62,892 nucleotides of DNA, from assembly GCF_000315625.1 (NCBI RefSeq), contig NW_005434633.1, forward strand, positions 392,310-455,201, in the 5' to 3' direction. This document shows positions 17,255 to 30,265 of the stretch, one piece after another. Source of the DNA: Guillardia theta CCMP2712. Lineage: Eukaryota; Protista; Cryptophyta. The notes under the pieces are model-generated. The model was not told the DNA's origin. It did not search any database and worked only from the letters and a program-made list of their open reading frames with translations. The first letter of the stretch is position 1; each line of letters opens with the position of its first letter. The position numbers and the translations under genes were made by a program.

Positions 17255-18292
17255 ATGACTCGTAGGGTCATGTTGCTCGCGTCTATCTTGGTCTTCTCGC
17301 TAAAGGCTGAATCCTTTATCGCAAAACACGGGGATTTTCGCAACGACAGGCGCAAAATGCTGGATAGTCCTCGTATCCTTCCTGTCTCCTACGTCCAGAG
17401 AATGTCGGGAGGAGCTGCTCACCCATGGGAGAAAACTCGCATGGTCCCGGACTATTACGCCATGCTCGGAGTCAAACAAGATGCGAATCAGGAAAGCATT
17501 AAAAAGGCTTACAAGAAGCTCGTGTTAAGGTATCATCCTGACAAGAACACCAAGAACCAGAACGCGAAAGAAATGTTCATCAGGGTGCAGGTACGCTGTG
17601 TCTGCTCTGCTCCGCATGGTTCTTAGACGCCGTCCAGGAAGCGTACTCGGTCCTCTCGGACCCGAAGCTGAAGATCGAGTACGACGAGGCCAAGTTGGGT
17701 AGCAAAGTATCGTCGATGTTCCAAGACAACATCTTCCAGCGTCAGGGCGCTGCCAGTCCTGGGCATCAGACACCAAATGTCCCTCTCAACAAGCAGAGCG
17801 CGTGGGCTCGGCAGCGAACTCAGGAGGCCAAGTGGGAGTTCGGGGGTTCTTATGCCGACATGAGGGCAAAACAGATTCTGAGGTGCGAGTGGAAACCTGA
17901 CGTGTGTTGAGAATTCTTCTTGATACTGAAGTTTGTTGGGCCTTGCTGAATTCTTCTTCGTACCGATGATCCCAAACGTGTTTGAGAGTGTGGAGAATTC
18001 TTGAAAACGCTCATGTGTATTGTGTGAGAGAGATTGTTCCTCTGTACTGTTGTTCGCATTTCCCGTGATCAAAGTCTGGCAGGCGGCAGGAGAAGATTCG
18101 GGCAGAGGCAGCAGCTCGTGCGCGTCAGGCTTTGAACTCGCAGTGGAAGGAGAAGAACGGACCTGAGCCAGAAACTACCGACGATCAAAAAGCTCGACCC
18201 CCCCCATCCAAGGGAAGATCTTTTTTTTTCAAGGTTTGCCGCCTTGCGATCTTCCATGCCCCTGATAGCGGCATTTGCGCAGGACAAGATGA
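17255..18292 (+). CDS. DnaJ/J-domain protein with signal peptide (3' end approximate)
   Basis: DYYAMLGV...[17 protein letters not shown]...VQ|EAYSVLSD; hydrophobic N-terminus ending AES-F, typical of bipartite plastid targeting. Confidence 0.85.
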
Positions 18293-19671
18293 AGAAATCT
18301 CCAAATAAAGAAAACGAGGGACTAGACGTGAAGGAGATGATTGCTACCGTGTCGCTCAAGAAAGCAGAAGAAAAGATCAAACTTGACATGGCCAACAAGG
18401 CGAATGATGTACCACCTGCCTACTTAAGGTGGTGACTGGCTCGTTATAGGCTGATGATTGAGCAAACCCGCAGACTGCAGCTTGAAGACATTCTTTGGGA
18501 CGACATACTTCCCTCCATGGTCGATGTCAGTGATGCCAGTAGGGCGATCAAGGTAAGGCCACAAATGTGGACTCATTCACTCCGACTTGACTTACCTCTA
18601 GTTCATGTGGCATCCGCCGTTGTCCAATATGAAGAAATCGGTCGTCACGTCGACTTTTGACATCGTATTCGTGCATCACAAAGTCAGAGATCTTCCTTCT
18701 TGTTCCTGCTTCTTTCTCCTCCTCCTGCCTCTCCTCTGCCAATCTTCCTACTTCACCTCTCTTACTTTTCCTTCCTCTCTTCTCCCCCTCTTCCTACTTC
18801 TCCTCTTCTCTCATCCTCTTCCTGCGTTTCTCCTTCTGAATGCTTGGGATAGGTGCAGAGTCTGTCTACAGTGAATAATCGGGCTGGTGTTGTGATCTTT
18901 GTACAGAGAATCGATGAATATTTTCATAACAAGAGAGATTTCAACGCCTCGGAATGTGCGCTGAAGATCCGAAGATACCTGGGCGTCCAGTTCTTTCGAA
19001 TGGACCTCGTCAAGGACGTTGGAAATGATAGCGAGGATGAATCAAAGTCGGAGGCAGCGGCAGCACAGAGATCATGGTGGGAACACCCAGCCGACAAGTC
19101 CCAAGGCGGAGGGTTGGGGAGCGGGGAGGAGAGCGAGGAGGAGGAGGAGGAGGAGGCGGATGAGAGTTCTGAAGTGCATGGCTACGACATCTCCCGGAAG
19201 CTGCTGATGAAGGAAGAAGACGACCTGCGGAAAAAGGGAAACTGCTTCGCCTGCGGTCAGCGCATAGCAGAGCGAGAGGACGCGTTGAAGAACGGGGACG
19301 AGCGCTGGCATCGCAAGTGCTATCAACAGGCGATGCAGGAGCAGCGAAAGCAGACAGCTCCCATGCACAGCCCCCAGCACCCCAAGACGGCAGAGGACAG
19401 GAGGGAAAGGGTCTCCAGCCACAGTGCTGCTTCACATAAGGAGGAGGACTACCGCCAGAGGGTTTCCAGCATGCCGACGGGAACAGAGCCGAGGGCACAC
19501 CGTGAGAGAGAGGAGGGAGAGCCCCGATCCTCTTCGCCCCCATCGAACGATTTTCTCTCTGATGTCTTGAGCTCGGACACTGACGTCACGAGGTCGGTCG
19601 AGGTTGACTCCGACGAGTACCTCCGCCTCAGGCAACGTGCGTCCTTGCAGCCTCTCTCAGCTCCGCACTGA
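18289..19671 (+). CDS. Hypothetical protein with a LIM-like zinc finger (ends approximate)
   Basis: CFACGQRI...WHRKC in ORF 18853-19671, with upstream exons. Confidence 0.5.
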
Positions 19672-19862
19672 CACCCTGCCCGCAGAGAGATCGCGAGCCT
19701 CCTCGCAGGGCCATCCTGCTCCACCCCCAGCTCCATCTCCTGGCCCAGCTCCTGCTGCCCCCTCTGATGGGAACCAACATGCCACATCTCTGTTGCGCGT
19801 GCTTGTCAGGGAGCTCGAGAGGGTCGGGAACAGCACGCGTACGAGGATGCAGCAGGCATGAC

Positions 19863-22800
19863 TCAGCTCGTCTCCTCTTCGCTACCGTAGGAGGAGACGG
19901 AGGACGAGTCGTCCCCGGCACTGGTCGTCTCCCTCGCCCCCTTGCTTCTGCCCCCCCTCCATCGCTCCGCCTCCTTCCCCATGTCCAGCAGCGAGTCGAC
20001 AATCCTGCCTTTCACAGCCTCCAGGTCTTCCTTCCTCGCCGGCTCTATGGTTCTGACGAGGTTCACAGTGTTCTTCGGGGCCCAGCCCCTGTCGATCGAG
20101 AGCGCGGCGTTGCCTCTTACCAGCTGCTTCCCAGCTGCAAAAGTGGAGGCTGGGCTCCTGGTGGGGAGGAAGTTCAGCTGCTCGACGACGTGGAGGGTGC
20201 GGAGAGCTTCGGTGGTTCGCTGGGTTGAACTCTCGATGACTTCCTTGACGATCTTCCCAGCTGCCCTCTTAGAGATCAGGTGGCTCTCGAGCCTCTCCAG
20301 CTCCTCCCTGCCAAAGTTGTGCAGGACGGGAGGCAGGACGATCACTCGCTCCCCCTCCTTCACGCTCGACTGCTCCTGCTCCTCCTCTTCCTCCTCCTGC
20401 TTGCTCTCGTTGAGCTGGTTCAGCGATTCTTCTGCCCGCCTCCTTGCTCCCTTCCCGCTCATCAGCCACATGGAGAGCGAAACCCACGGGCTGCCCATGA
20501 CGTTCAGGAAGGTGGGAAGAGGCACTTCGGCCTCCAGCCTCTTGTGCCATTCCCCCCCCAGCAGCATCTGCATCACTTCCGCCTTCTCAAAGGGTTCGTA
20601 GCCGTAGTTTGACAAAGCCACGTCAAGCTCGCTCACGCTGAGGGTCCCCCCATGGTCAGTGTCGAAGAGCTCAAACAGCAGCCTGAGATCCTCCTGCTTC
20701 TGCTTGAAGTAGGAGCGCAGCAGCAGCACGTTCACCGAGACGTACCACAGCACGGACAGGGCAAGGAAGGCATTGGAACCTGCAATGACCTGGTGAGACT
20801 GATCGAAGTACACGATCAAGCTCCGCTGCAAGATGCCCAGGTGAAGCACGGGGAACGCTGCTCTGACGCTGAGGTCGACGAGGTCGACGATGAGAAGGAT
20901 GCGCTTGTTGTAGTCCTGCTGCCTGCGTGATGGAAACCCCTCTGCCATCCTTTTGAGCAGCAGGCAGGTGACGACGAACGCGTGCAGGAGCAGGAGAAGA
21001 GTCATTGTCATGTTGACCTGATAGGCAGACATCGGTCAGAGGAGGAAACGACGGGTTAGCAGCGCTTACGATGATCGGGTCCGTTGGGACGCTCTCTCCT
21101 TCCTTCCTCCAGGCCGCTTGCAGGATGCAGGGGAGCGCCAGGAAGCAGGCGAGGATGCGATCAACGAGGATAGGGGAGAGCTGCTGGTCCTTGCGCGTCC
21201 TCGGGTCGATCTGCGTGGGGGGAAGGAGGAAGGTGCACCAGGACAGAAGCACGGGGAAGAAGCTCGCGAAGATTGGGAACCAGAGCTGGAAGTCGTCGAA
21301 GCCCAGCAGGAGGATAGGGGAGTCCCACCTTGTCATGCTCGACTGGTTCAACGCAGGGATCGACCGCCTCAGCTGGAAGCCAGCCAGTGGCAGGCTCGGC
21401 GAGCTGACCCTTGACGAGTCCACCGAGAGTCGTAGGCCGTAAGTCGACCTGCCGTCACCACGCTCAGCTCTTCCCCAGCTGAAGTCTATCTCACATCTGA
21501 CCTGGAAGAGAGCGACAGGCTCATCACGACATCAAGCTTCCCAGCTGAGCTGACGTTCAAGTCCGTGGGGATGAGCTGCCCAGAAGACGATAAGTAGGTG
21601 GTGGAGCAGCAAACGGACTCATTCCTTTTCCCCTTCCTCTTCCTCTTCCTCTTCTTCTTCCTCTTCCTCTTCCTCTTCCTCTTCCTCTTCCTCTTCCTCT
21701 TCCTCTTCCTCTTCCTCTCCTTTCCCTCTCCTCTTCCCTTCCTTCTGCCCTCCCCTTCCTCTCCCACCCTCCATTTCTCTCCTCACCTTCATGCTAAATT
21801 TTCCCTGGCAAACAAATGTCCTTGTGATAGATTGGTTGGCAGCTTGATAGTCCGACTGCAGTGTAGCACATCGGTCCATCCTTACTGCATTGCTAAACAC
21901 CCTCCCATCCATCGCCGATACAGCGTTCCAGACCAGACCTCCTCCTCGGCACTTGCATGCTCCTGCGCTGCTCCTGCTCCCCAGCGCCGTTGCAAAGATC
22001 ACCTCGTCGCAAGCTCCGCATACCTCCCTCTCCACCTGGACACACTCCCCTGTCAAGTTGAAACTACGACCTTACATACCATCACCTGCATCCAGTCGCT
22101 ACCGCAAGGGTTCAGGAAGCTGTCAGCTAGCCTTCTGTCCGACCAAGACAACGAGAAAGTGACGGAGGAGTCGAAGGTGTGAGCAGTGAGGTCGATCTAT
22201 ATCAAGTCAGCCCTCAACGCACCATAGGGAGCAGGCCAAGTCAAAGTCGGCAGCTAAAAAAAATGCATACCCCTCTCACTCTCAAGTCCGAGATCACGAC
22301 CGAGATCACAGAGTCTCTCAGAGGGATTAGCATTTGACTGCTTTCAGCTGTCAGCATGACGACCCAACGGCCATCGAACAGCTCACGGAGCGATCTTGGG
22401 AGCACAGAGGCTTCCAAGGTAAGCAATATCGTTCCGCTGCTGCCCTCCATAGCAGTCGTCGACGTTGTCGATGTACCTTGGGACGTGCTCGGAGCAAGAG
22501 TCCTGAAGCAGAAAAGTCAAGGTCCTTGCAGCATCCTCCTCCCTCACCGTTTCCAGCCTGGAGCTGCACAAGTATCCGCCAGGATCGTAGAAACACTGTG
22601 AGCGGTTCGAGATGGACACGTTGGTGTGGGAAAGATTCCCTGGAAAGAGAAGATCCCAGCTGCTCTCCCCGACAAGCTTCTTGCTCACAAAGCAGTAGCC
22701 GCATCCTTGCATTAGGCAATACTTGCACTGCAAGTTGGTGCCGAAGTTCGCCAACGCAACCTGAACCCATGTTCAGCAAGTGCAGCAGACAACAGGTAGC

Positions 22801-23209
22801 TTCTCCTCCTCCTCTCAATGGAACCAACAAGGTTGATCAAAAACGGTGACCAAAACATCCTCTTCCTGCTCCATTCTTGCCTGCGTGTCGTCGCCCTCCT
22901 CCTCTTTGAGCTGATACCCCTTCGAGGTTTCCCCGCATGCGAGGAACTTCGCCTCACTGAATGGAACCTTCTCGAAGGACTCGTAGGCAGCTCGGTATAC
23001 CTGCTGAGAGGTCAACCCCCGGCGACAAGACACGTTGAGCCTACCGGAGCGTTCTGAGTCGTGGGGGAGGTGAAGCCAGGGTCACCTCGGAGGGCAGGTG
23101 AACTGCATGGAGCCGACAGGGCGCGATGAAAGCAGAGGAGAGAGGAGCAGAGGAGTAAGAACAGCTGCGCTGACGGCATCGCTGACTCCGCCATGGCAAA
23201 TATTCTCAT
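19863..23209 (-). CDS. Divergent pentameric ligand-gated ion channel-like protein with a C-terminal EF hand
   Basis: Signal peptide; spliced VISVVISDLRVRG|IDLTAHTFDSSVTFSLSWSDRRL; M1 PVLLSWCTFLLP; M4 VDLSVRAAFP; EF hand DTDHGGTLSVSE. Confidence 0.6.
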
Positions 23210-23444
23210 GGCATTCCGCCCGAGTCAATCTGAAATGTTGCTCCAGTATTTCCTGCTCTCCAGGCAGAGATGCACTCGACAAATTGCCTTATTGTATTCT
23301 TGTGGATCACTCTCCCTGAGACTGTCCAGAGCTCTCCCTCGTGCTCTTCCCCTCTTCTTCTCTCCCTTCTCCCCTTCACTGTCTCCCTTCTTCTCTCTTC
23401 CTCTCCCTCTCCCTCCCTCTCCCTCCCTCCGCTTCAACTGCAAC

Positions 23445-26400
23445 GGACATCAATTTGACCGCACATGGTAATTCTTGCCTTTTCTTTTTTTAGTCAATAA
23501 AATAAGTAATTCTGAAGGCTTTTATATATTATTAATTCGTTTTAGAAACTAGTTCAATGTTTGTAACACACAATTATTGCAAAGATTATAAATATTTTTC
23601 TTAATAATAACTTTAGTTACATTTGGAAACAACAAAGATTTATTAACGCTGTACCGTAGCAAGACCTGGTACAAAGTGCTTAAAACCCTGGTACTAATTC
23701 CAGCAATAATTCTAGTTGACGCCGCCCATGGCAGGACCGAAGTCCACATCGTTCATGCACCATGTTGAAACAGTCCGCTCTCAGCTGGGGCTTTCCTCGA
23801 ATCTTCGTATTGGTGAAGTTATCTCGAAAGCATATCAAATCGTGGGATGGAGTTTTCAAGGGAACCTTGTAGAAGCGGCTAGTCGTCTTTATGAAGAATT
23901 GGCAGGCGAATCTCAGCTGGATGACTCTCCCGCATCGGTCACTGTCAGCAACACAATGGTGGTGTCAGAGAAAAAGCTAGGGGATGTTGATGCTTCTGAT
24001 CATATACCGTGCGATGGTAATGCTGGTCCGGTTGATCGCAATACCATGTCAGACGACGATTTTCAGCAATGTTCTCATCGTCCTGTTCTGTCTGGCCCGT
24101 GTAAGAAACATGCCCCTATTGCGAGGCATTCCGTTCTTCCTGGCCCTGCCTCGCCCCTTTCGGATGTCGACACAATGCTAGACGACGCAACTTCCTTCGC
24201 CAATGCTCCCGCCGATTGTCATGCTGCGAAGTTTCGGGGCAAATATTTCCAGTCACGGAAAGAGTGTACGACTTACGTACAAGAAGTAAACTTTCTCGAT
24301 GGGAATAAGGGTGTTCGTGTGCAAACTGCGCCATCAGGATTTAAATCATATCTGATCCTGTGTAAGTGTGATGGATGCAGGTAAGGTTTTTAGAAACGAA
24401 GAGGTTTCTCCTGTGATTCCAGGTGGTCAGGTACCAGTTACTTGCAAAGAAATCTGTCAGCGACCGACAGAGATATAAGAGTTACTGGTACATAGATGTT
24501 GCGAACAGTGTTACTGAGCATTGCAAAGCCCTGTGTACATCTTTGGGAAAGGGTACTATACGATTCTTGGTGAACAACGAATACTTCCGTTCGTTGCTAT
24601 CAACTTCGATTGGTGATGGCGGTGGTTTGCATCAAACCCGCATGACTGCTAAGGAGCTGCAAGTTGCGGTCAAGTCTGAATTAGGAGTAGATGTTAGTCT
24701 TGCTAATATTTTCAAAGCCCGTTCCCAGGTTGAAAATGGATTATGGGACGATTATCGCAATTCCTTTCTTCTTCTGGAAAAGTGGATGGAGCGATATACA
24801 TCATTGAATAAGGGGAGTCGTGGAATCGTAATGGCGCCCGTGCGGTCTAGCAGTGGTAATTCATTTCGTGGAGCATTTCTTGCCAATGGAACCATAATCC
24901 ATTTGCTGAAAACTGTTGGTCTGCGCATTCTTGGGCATGACTACTGTAACATCGCACACAAGTATACATTCCTCACTGTTCTATGCTTTGTTCTCGAATG
25001 ATTCTGCACAGGTGGTATTGTGGTAAAATAATGGTTATTGAAGCAAGGTTGGGAACTAATACCATCATCCCCCTCGCAGTTGGTACATGCTAATGCTTGT
25101 TGAATTCATTCAATTTGTTCATATGCATGCAGGGTTATTCGCTTCGTCGCAAGGAGATGACTCTACCGTCGGTGACGAGACAGAAGAAAATACTGCTTTC
25201 ATGTGGGAACAATTGAAGGCTACTGGATTGAACCAATGGTTGTCTCGCAAATCTGGTGCTTTGACAGTGATAACCGATCGGGAGAAAGCAATCTTGGCCG
25301 GTGTGCAACGGGCTATGCCTGATGCTGATGTTATCTTTTGTTGCTTTCACTTGCTCTGTAACATCAATCAACATTGCAAAGGTATCTTCCTGTGCTTCGA
25401 TTGAAACAGAGATGTCACTTATGATCGCAGAAAGACATGCCCCTTGCCTCACCAAAAATGGTAAGGGCACTTGTCCTGCAACTGAACCATTCTTCTGGAA
25501 AGCACAGGTGTGATTTTTCATGATGACTCGTCCTAAACACGTTTCAGTCTGCAGTGAGTTTGCGCCAATTCGAAGTTGCTATGGCAAATCTGAAAAAGCA
25601 CAACGCAGTGGCACATGATTACCTGTATAACATTGATCACAAGCGTTGGGTAAGAAATTGGTACTGTGCATGCGTGAAATTTATTGTGTGTAGGCGAGGT
25701 ATGCGCAATGTAAAGAGACATTGGATTCCTCTGGCAACGGATGTTCATATATCAGGACTTATGGAATACGATGCAACAACAATACAGAAGATGAAAATGC
25801 ACTACTTCGTCATAATCTGTCTGGATCATCCAACCCATTGAGATTTTTCCAGATTCTCGCTGAGCGTTGGATGGAAATACTTCAGAAATTATACCATGAT
25901 TACAACCCCCCCCCTGGTGAAGAAGCAACTCTGTTCCTCTGTAAGAAAGTATTACAGGCCCATGAGAAGGCATGCACTGCAAGCAAGAGATGTGTAATAC
26001 TAGATGATGTTGGGAACGAAAAAATGACGACAGTCACGGTACGGAATGCCGAGTCGAAGAGATTTATGTCATTCGTCAGTTTGAGCAAACAACAGTGCAG
26101 GCCTTGCTGGCAATGGGAACAGACAGGCAGAGCGTGTGTGCATGCTATAGCTGTTTATAACAAGATACACAAGGGAAATGTAACTGGCAAACAGCTGATC
26201 ACATCTCTTTACGACCGAGTCTGGTTGGGCGATACTCTCCATGCCGCTTTTCAACATGAAGACTTCGAATTTGGAGAGTTGATACCTCATGAAGACGACA
26301 TACCGTTCCCACGAGATGAGGAGGTAAAGCTGGATCCTCCCCCCTTTACAGCCAAGCGTAAAGGACGAGGCAGTGGTAGAATATCGAAGAAAGGATTAAC

Positions 26401-27900
26401 GGAAAGGAACAACCATGGTTCTTCCAGCAGAAGATCCTTGCCTGATACAAGTATGAGTGATGATGACACCGGCAAAAGAGACGGACAGGGAGAACCTCGA
26501 CCCAAACGACAAAGAACTTGTGGCAATTGTGGACTGCAAGGACATAACTCACGGACGTGTGAGAAGATGCATACAACTACCGATGAACTGAAAGGAGATC
26601 GTGATATTCACGACACACAATCTGTACCGTCAACCGGGAGAGTTGAAGATGACAATGTGCAGGATGGAGATGATACAGGACAACAAGGACCGTCAATGTT
26701 GATAGATCAGGATGATGAAGATGATACGGGACAGGAAGGACCGTCAATGTTGACACATCACGATCATGGAGATGGAAGATGTGAGTATCTGAAGAAGTGG
26801 ATTGGAACAGAGCAGTACCGCAGGAAAGATGTAATCCAATATCTGACACAGAATCGTGTTTTTGTTATTTCACACACTGCATTGTCAAAGAATGATTTCA
26901 AAGCATTGCAACCTGGTCAATCGGTGCGAGACGAGGCGATCAATGCATTTTTGCAGTTGCTGATGATACGCGAAATGAACACTCGTCCAATGAGAGGAGA
27001 TCAGAGGGATCGTGGACAAGGAAACATCTTCATCATCACAACATTCTTCTTCACAAGGTTGAGGCTATGTCACGAGCTTGGGAAGGTAGCACGGCATTGC
27101 CAGTTTTAAATCATTCTGATGTGCAATCACAGGCGAATGATGAAATCACAGAGGGTTACAACGCCTTACGACGATGGTTTCCTGCAGGGACGTGGTCAGA
27201 TCACGAGCGAATATTCATCCCAGTGAACACGGGGCACCTAAACAAGGACAGCAAGGGGCAGATTGAAGGCGTGCATTGGAGTTTGATGGTTGTAGAACCA
27301 TTTACCAAGATGATAAGGTGAGTGTGGGTAAATTGTACGCTGCATGGAAATATTCATCATGGGTAATGATTGCATTTCGTGGTAGGTTGTACGATCCTAG
27401 ACACGATACACCTTCGACGTATATGCAAATAGTCGCAGGTGTGCGCATCGGATGAGGAAACAAAACGACTTGTTCTGATCGGTGAAATAGATTTCTTGCG
27501 ATATGAATGGAAGCAACAGGGATTTCAAGGAGGAGAGACCTGGCAGCAGGAATACGTTCCTTCCAACAAGGTTAGTAGAGAAAATCCACATCCCTGATGA
27601 TATTCACCAAGGTTGCCTGATACAGATCCCCAAACAAACTGATTCCGTGTCATGTGGCATATTTCTGTGTGCGATAGCTGACTGCCTGTCTGGTAACATG
27701 GAAGTGAATTCGTTTGGCCAAGGAGACATCGACGAGATCCGCAAGGCTATAGAAACTTTATTGAGAAACGTTTATTTATGCAAGAAGTGAACGTAGAGCA
27801 ATGATACCCAATCATGATTTCGCAGTGTAGGCGACTGATACATCCTATAATGACCTCAGAATGTGGAGTGATGGATGGACGATGACCTTTCAATGTCCAT
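23445..27900 (+). mobile_element. Mutator-like element (MULE) carrying a Ulp1 protease domain; ends uncertain
   Basis: Transposase gene inside, abrupt loss of microsatellites, AT-rich 5' flank; no convincing TIR or TSD. Confidence 0.75.
23728..27790 (+). CDS. MULE DDE transposase + SWIM finger + CCHC knuckle + Ulp1/C48 protease, multi-exon
   Basis: GHDYCNIAHK|WYCGKIM..IIPLAV, VITDREKAI, FCCFHLLCNI, NNNTEDEN, CRPCWQWEQTGRACVHAIA, CGNCGLQGHNSRTC, RDEAINAFL, IFIPVN, HWSL, LYDP, PKQTDSVSCG. Confidence 0.9.
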
Positions 27901-28534
27901 TGTGACATTAAACAGCGAGAAGAGAAAAGACAGCGAGAACCAACCCTAATCCTGCCGACTGCTGTCCCCCAAACTGAACTGATACCTTCACCTTACTGTA
28001 CGCAGGACCATTCTCCCGCGCCATGCCAGCGATGCCAGTCGCTGTGGCCGCCGCCGAAGGAATGAGGCTCGGACGCATACCGGAACGCCCCCGCGATGAT
28101 GGCAGCGAAGGATAGGGAGGCCTTCACTGAGTCGGATCACCTCCAGCGATCCGCCAGCCAGCACAGAAAGCGCAACGCATATGGCAAGACTTGAAGGCCT
28201 TTGGCGACGATACCCTCCGATCTTCCTCTGTGCTGTTGCTTTCAGCTTGGTGTGGGTTGGTAAGCTCGCCTCAGTTGTTATAAAAAGTTCACTGGACACC
28301 CGGCGGGCCCGGAGATTCACTTGGAGTCGCCGGCGGCAGCGCGTCAAGTGCTGGGGCCCTGATTGTATGATAAGAAACCTCGTTTGCGTCGGTTGGTGAA
28401 ATCTTTCAGATACAGCTGACATTCGACTGCCAATTTTGAGATACGAAAGGAGAAGTTTTCAAAAGGGTAGTTTTGGTCCCTTGTCTCCTTTTTGTCTCCT
28501 TGCCGTCCCGTCGCTGGACTTCTATTCCTCGCGC

Positions 28535-29089
28535 ATGTCGACTGACACCAGACCTCGCGCCCGCATCTCCGACCGCATCGCCTGCGAGATCTACCTCTTC
28601 CGCCTCTCCCAGCCCTCTGATCAGCTCTGGTTCCCTACTCCCGCCAGCGTCGCTCTCGGCAGGAGGTACGGCATCACGCCCAAGGCCGTGCGAGACATCT
28701 GGAACAGGCGGACCTGGGCGCGTGCGACCCGCCACCTTTGGAAAGACAAGGCAGGACAGACCATGCCCCTGAAACAAGAGAGACAGGAGGGCGCTGGATC
28801 AGATAGGATGCTCAACGAGGAGGAGGAGGTCGTATCAACACTGAAACCTGAGCTGCGTATGGAAGAACAAATTCCATCTCCGTTGTCACCGCCTTCGAGG
28901 AGTCCTGCAAGCATACCAGCAACGGATGATATTGGAAACGAAGCAAACATCGTCGAGTCTCAAAGCAACGAGGCTACAGGCCTTGGGGACAGAACGGCAG
29001 ACACGCACTGCGAGGGATGGCTGGTATGTCCTACACGCATATTACTGTTCATATCCGCGCAAGAGACGTCCGAGGACGATATCTGGTGA
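28535..29089 (+). CDS. Small HTH-domain protein, copy 1
   Basis: ALGRRYGITPKAVRDIWNRRTW helix-turn-helix followed by a low-complexity tail. Confidence 0.7.
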   Translation: MSTDTRPRARISDRIACEIYLFRLSQPSDQLWFPTPASVALGRRYGITPKAVRDIWNRRTWARATRHLWKDKAGQTMPLKQERQEGAGSDRMLNEEEEVVSTLKPELRMEEQIPSPLSPPSRSPASIPATDDIGNEANIVESQSNEATGLGDRTADTHCEGWLVCPTRILLFISAQETSEDDIW

Positions 29090-29782
29090 CGCATTTGATG
29101 CGCTACAAGACAAGGATGTGCGAGATGATAGGGCAATAATTCAGCAACATATACCTCTTGTTAGATCAAATCAGACTTGTGTCGATGTATTGAAGGTGGA
29201 CTTACAGTGAGTCAGGTTTGCTTGAATAAATCAATCTTTTGTGGTGAGTTTTTAATGGATCGAGTGTGCTGCAATCTCTGCACAGCTTTTACGAGTACTT
29301 GTGTCAAAATATTTCTGCTTCCAACTTGCCCTAATGCAACCAACTACTGTTACTGCAAGGTCCGCATTCATTGGAGTAGCTTGTTCATCGTCAAACTGAA
29401 CTTAAATGCAACAAGTCGTTGTCATAACCAGCAACCCGAGCCCAACGCAGTAATGAACCTGGATCAGTACAAGGAGACAGAATGGATAACGCATGTTGTC
29501 TGTCACAGACACATACAACTCGGAGGTCGGAAGCATCTGACTTCGTGAAGCTTTACACGGGTTGCCAACGTCCACAGCGAATGCTCAAAGCTCCCGCGCT
29601 CCTTCTAGCTGAAGGAGCCCTAGCTTCTCTCAAGCTTCTGCTCCTCTCCTTACCTGGAATAAAGACTTGAGAAGCTGTCTCTGCCACCAGGGTCATCCTT
29701 TAGAATGCATCTAGCTAGTGTATGCTTGCAGTCGTTGGAGACAGGGTCCTTTTCCTGACTTTGTTGACGATTCTGATCCAGG

Positions 29783-30265
29783 CTAATCCTCTGGTCCAAT
29801 CTGAGATGAGCTCGATGTACTAGAGCTCAAATAGACTTGCACATAGCTGTTCTCTTTCTTTAATCTCCGTTCTTCCCTCCTCAACATCCCGCTGCTCCTC
29901 CGTCTAGCTCCTCTTCCCCCCCGCTTGTCGAGATGAAGAGCATGATCCGCTCCGGGCACACCAGCCACCCCTCCCCCGTGTGAGTAGCCGACGACCCCCC
30001 GCTGCTCCTCCCCTCCTCCCCTGACCCCTGCCATGCCCCGCGCAGGGGCGTCGGCGAGAGGGAGCCAGAGGTGGCGGGTCGCGTGCGCCCAGGTCCGCCT
30101 GTTCCAGATGTCTCGCACGGCCTTGGGCGTGATGCCGTACCTCCTGCCGAGCGCGACGCTGGCGGGGGTAGGGAGCCAGAGCTGGTCGGGGGGCTGGGAG
30201 AGGCGGAAGAGGTAGATCTCGCAGGCGATGCGGTCAGTGATGTGGGCGCGAGGTCTGGGAGACAT
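29783..30265 (-). CDS. Small HTH-domain protein, copy 2 (inverted paralogue)
   Basis: N-terminal ~65 aa nearly identical to copy 1; tail unrelated. Confidence 0.7.
   Translation of the reverse strand: MSPRPRAHITDRIACEIYLFRLSQPPDQLWLPTPASVALGRRYGITPKAVRDIWNRRTWAHATRHLWLPLADAPARGMAGVRGGGEEQRGVVGYSHGGGVAGVPGADHALHLDKRGGRGARRRSSGMLRREERRLKKENSYVQVYLSSSTSSSSQIGPED

Noticed and set aside
23445-27898. Possible MULE termini GGACAT...ATGTCC with flanks ACTGCAAC/ATTGTGAC
   Set aside because: Only a 6-bp inverted match and 5/8 flank identity; compatible with chance
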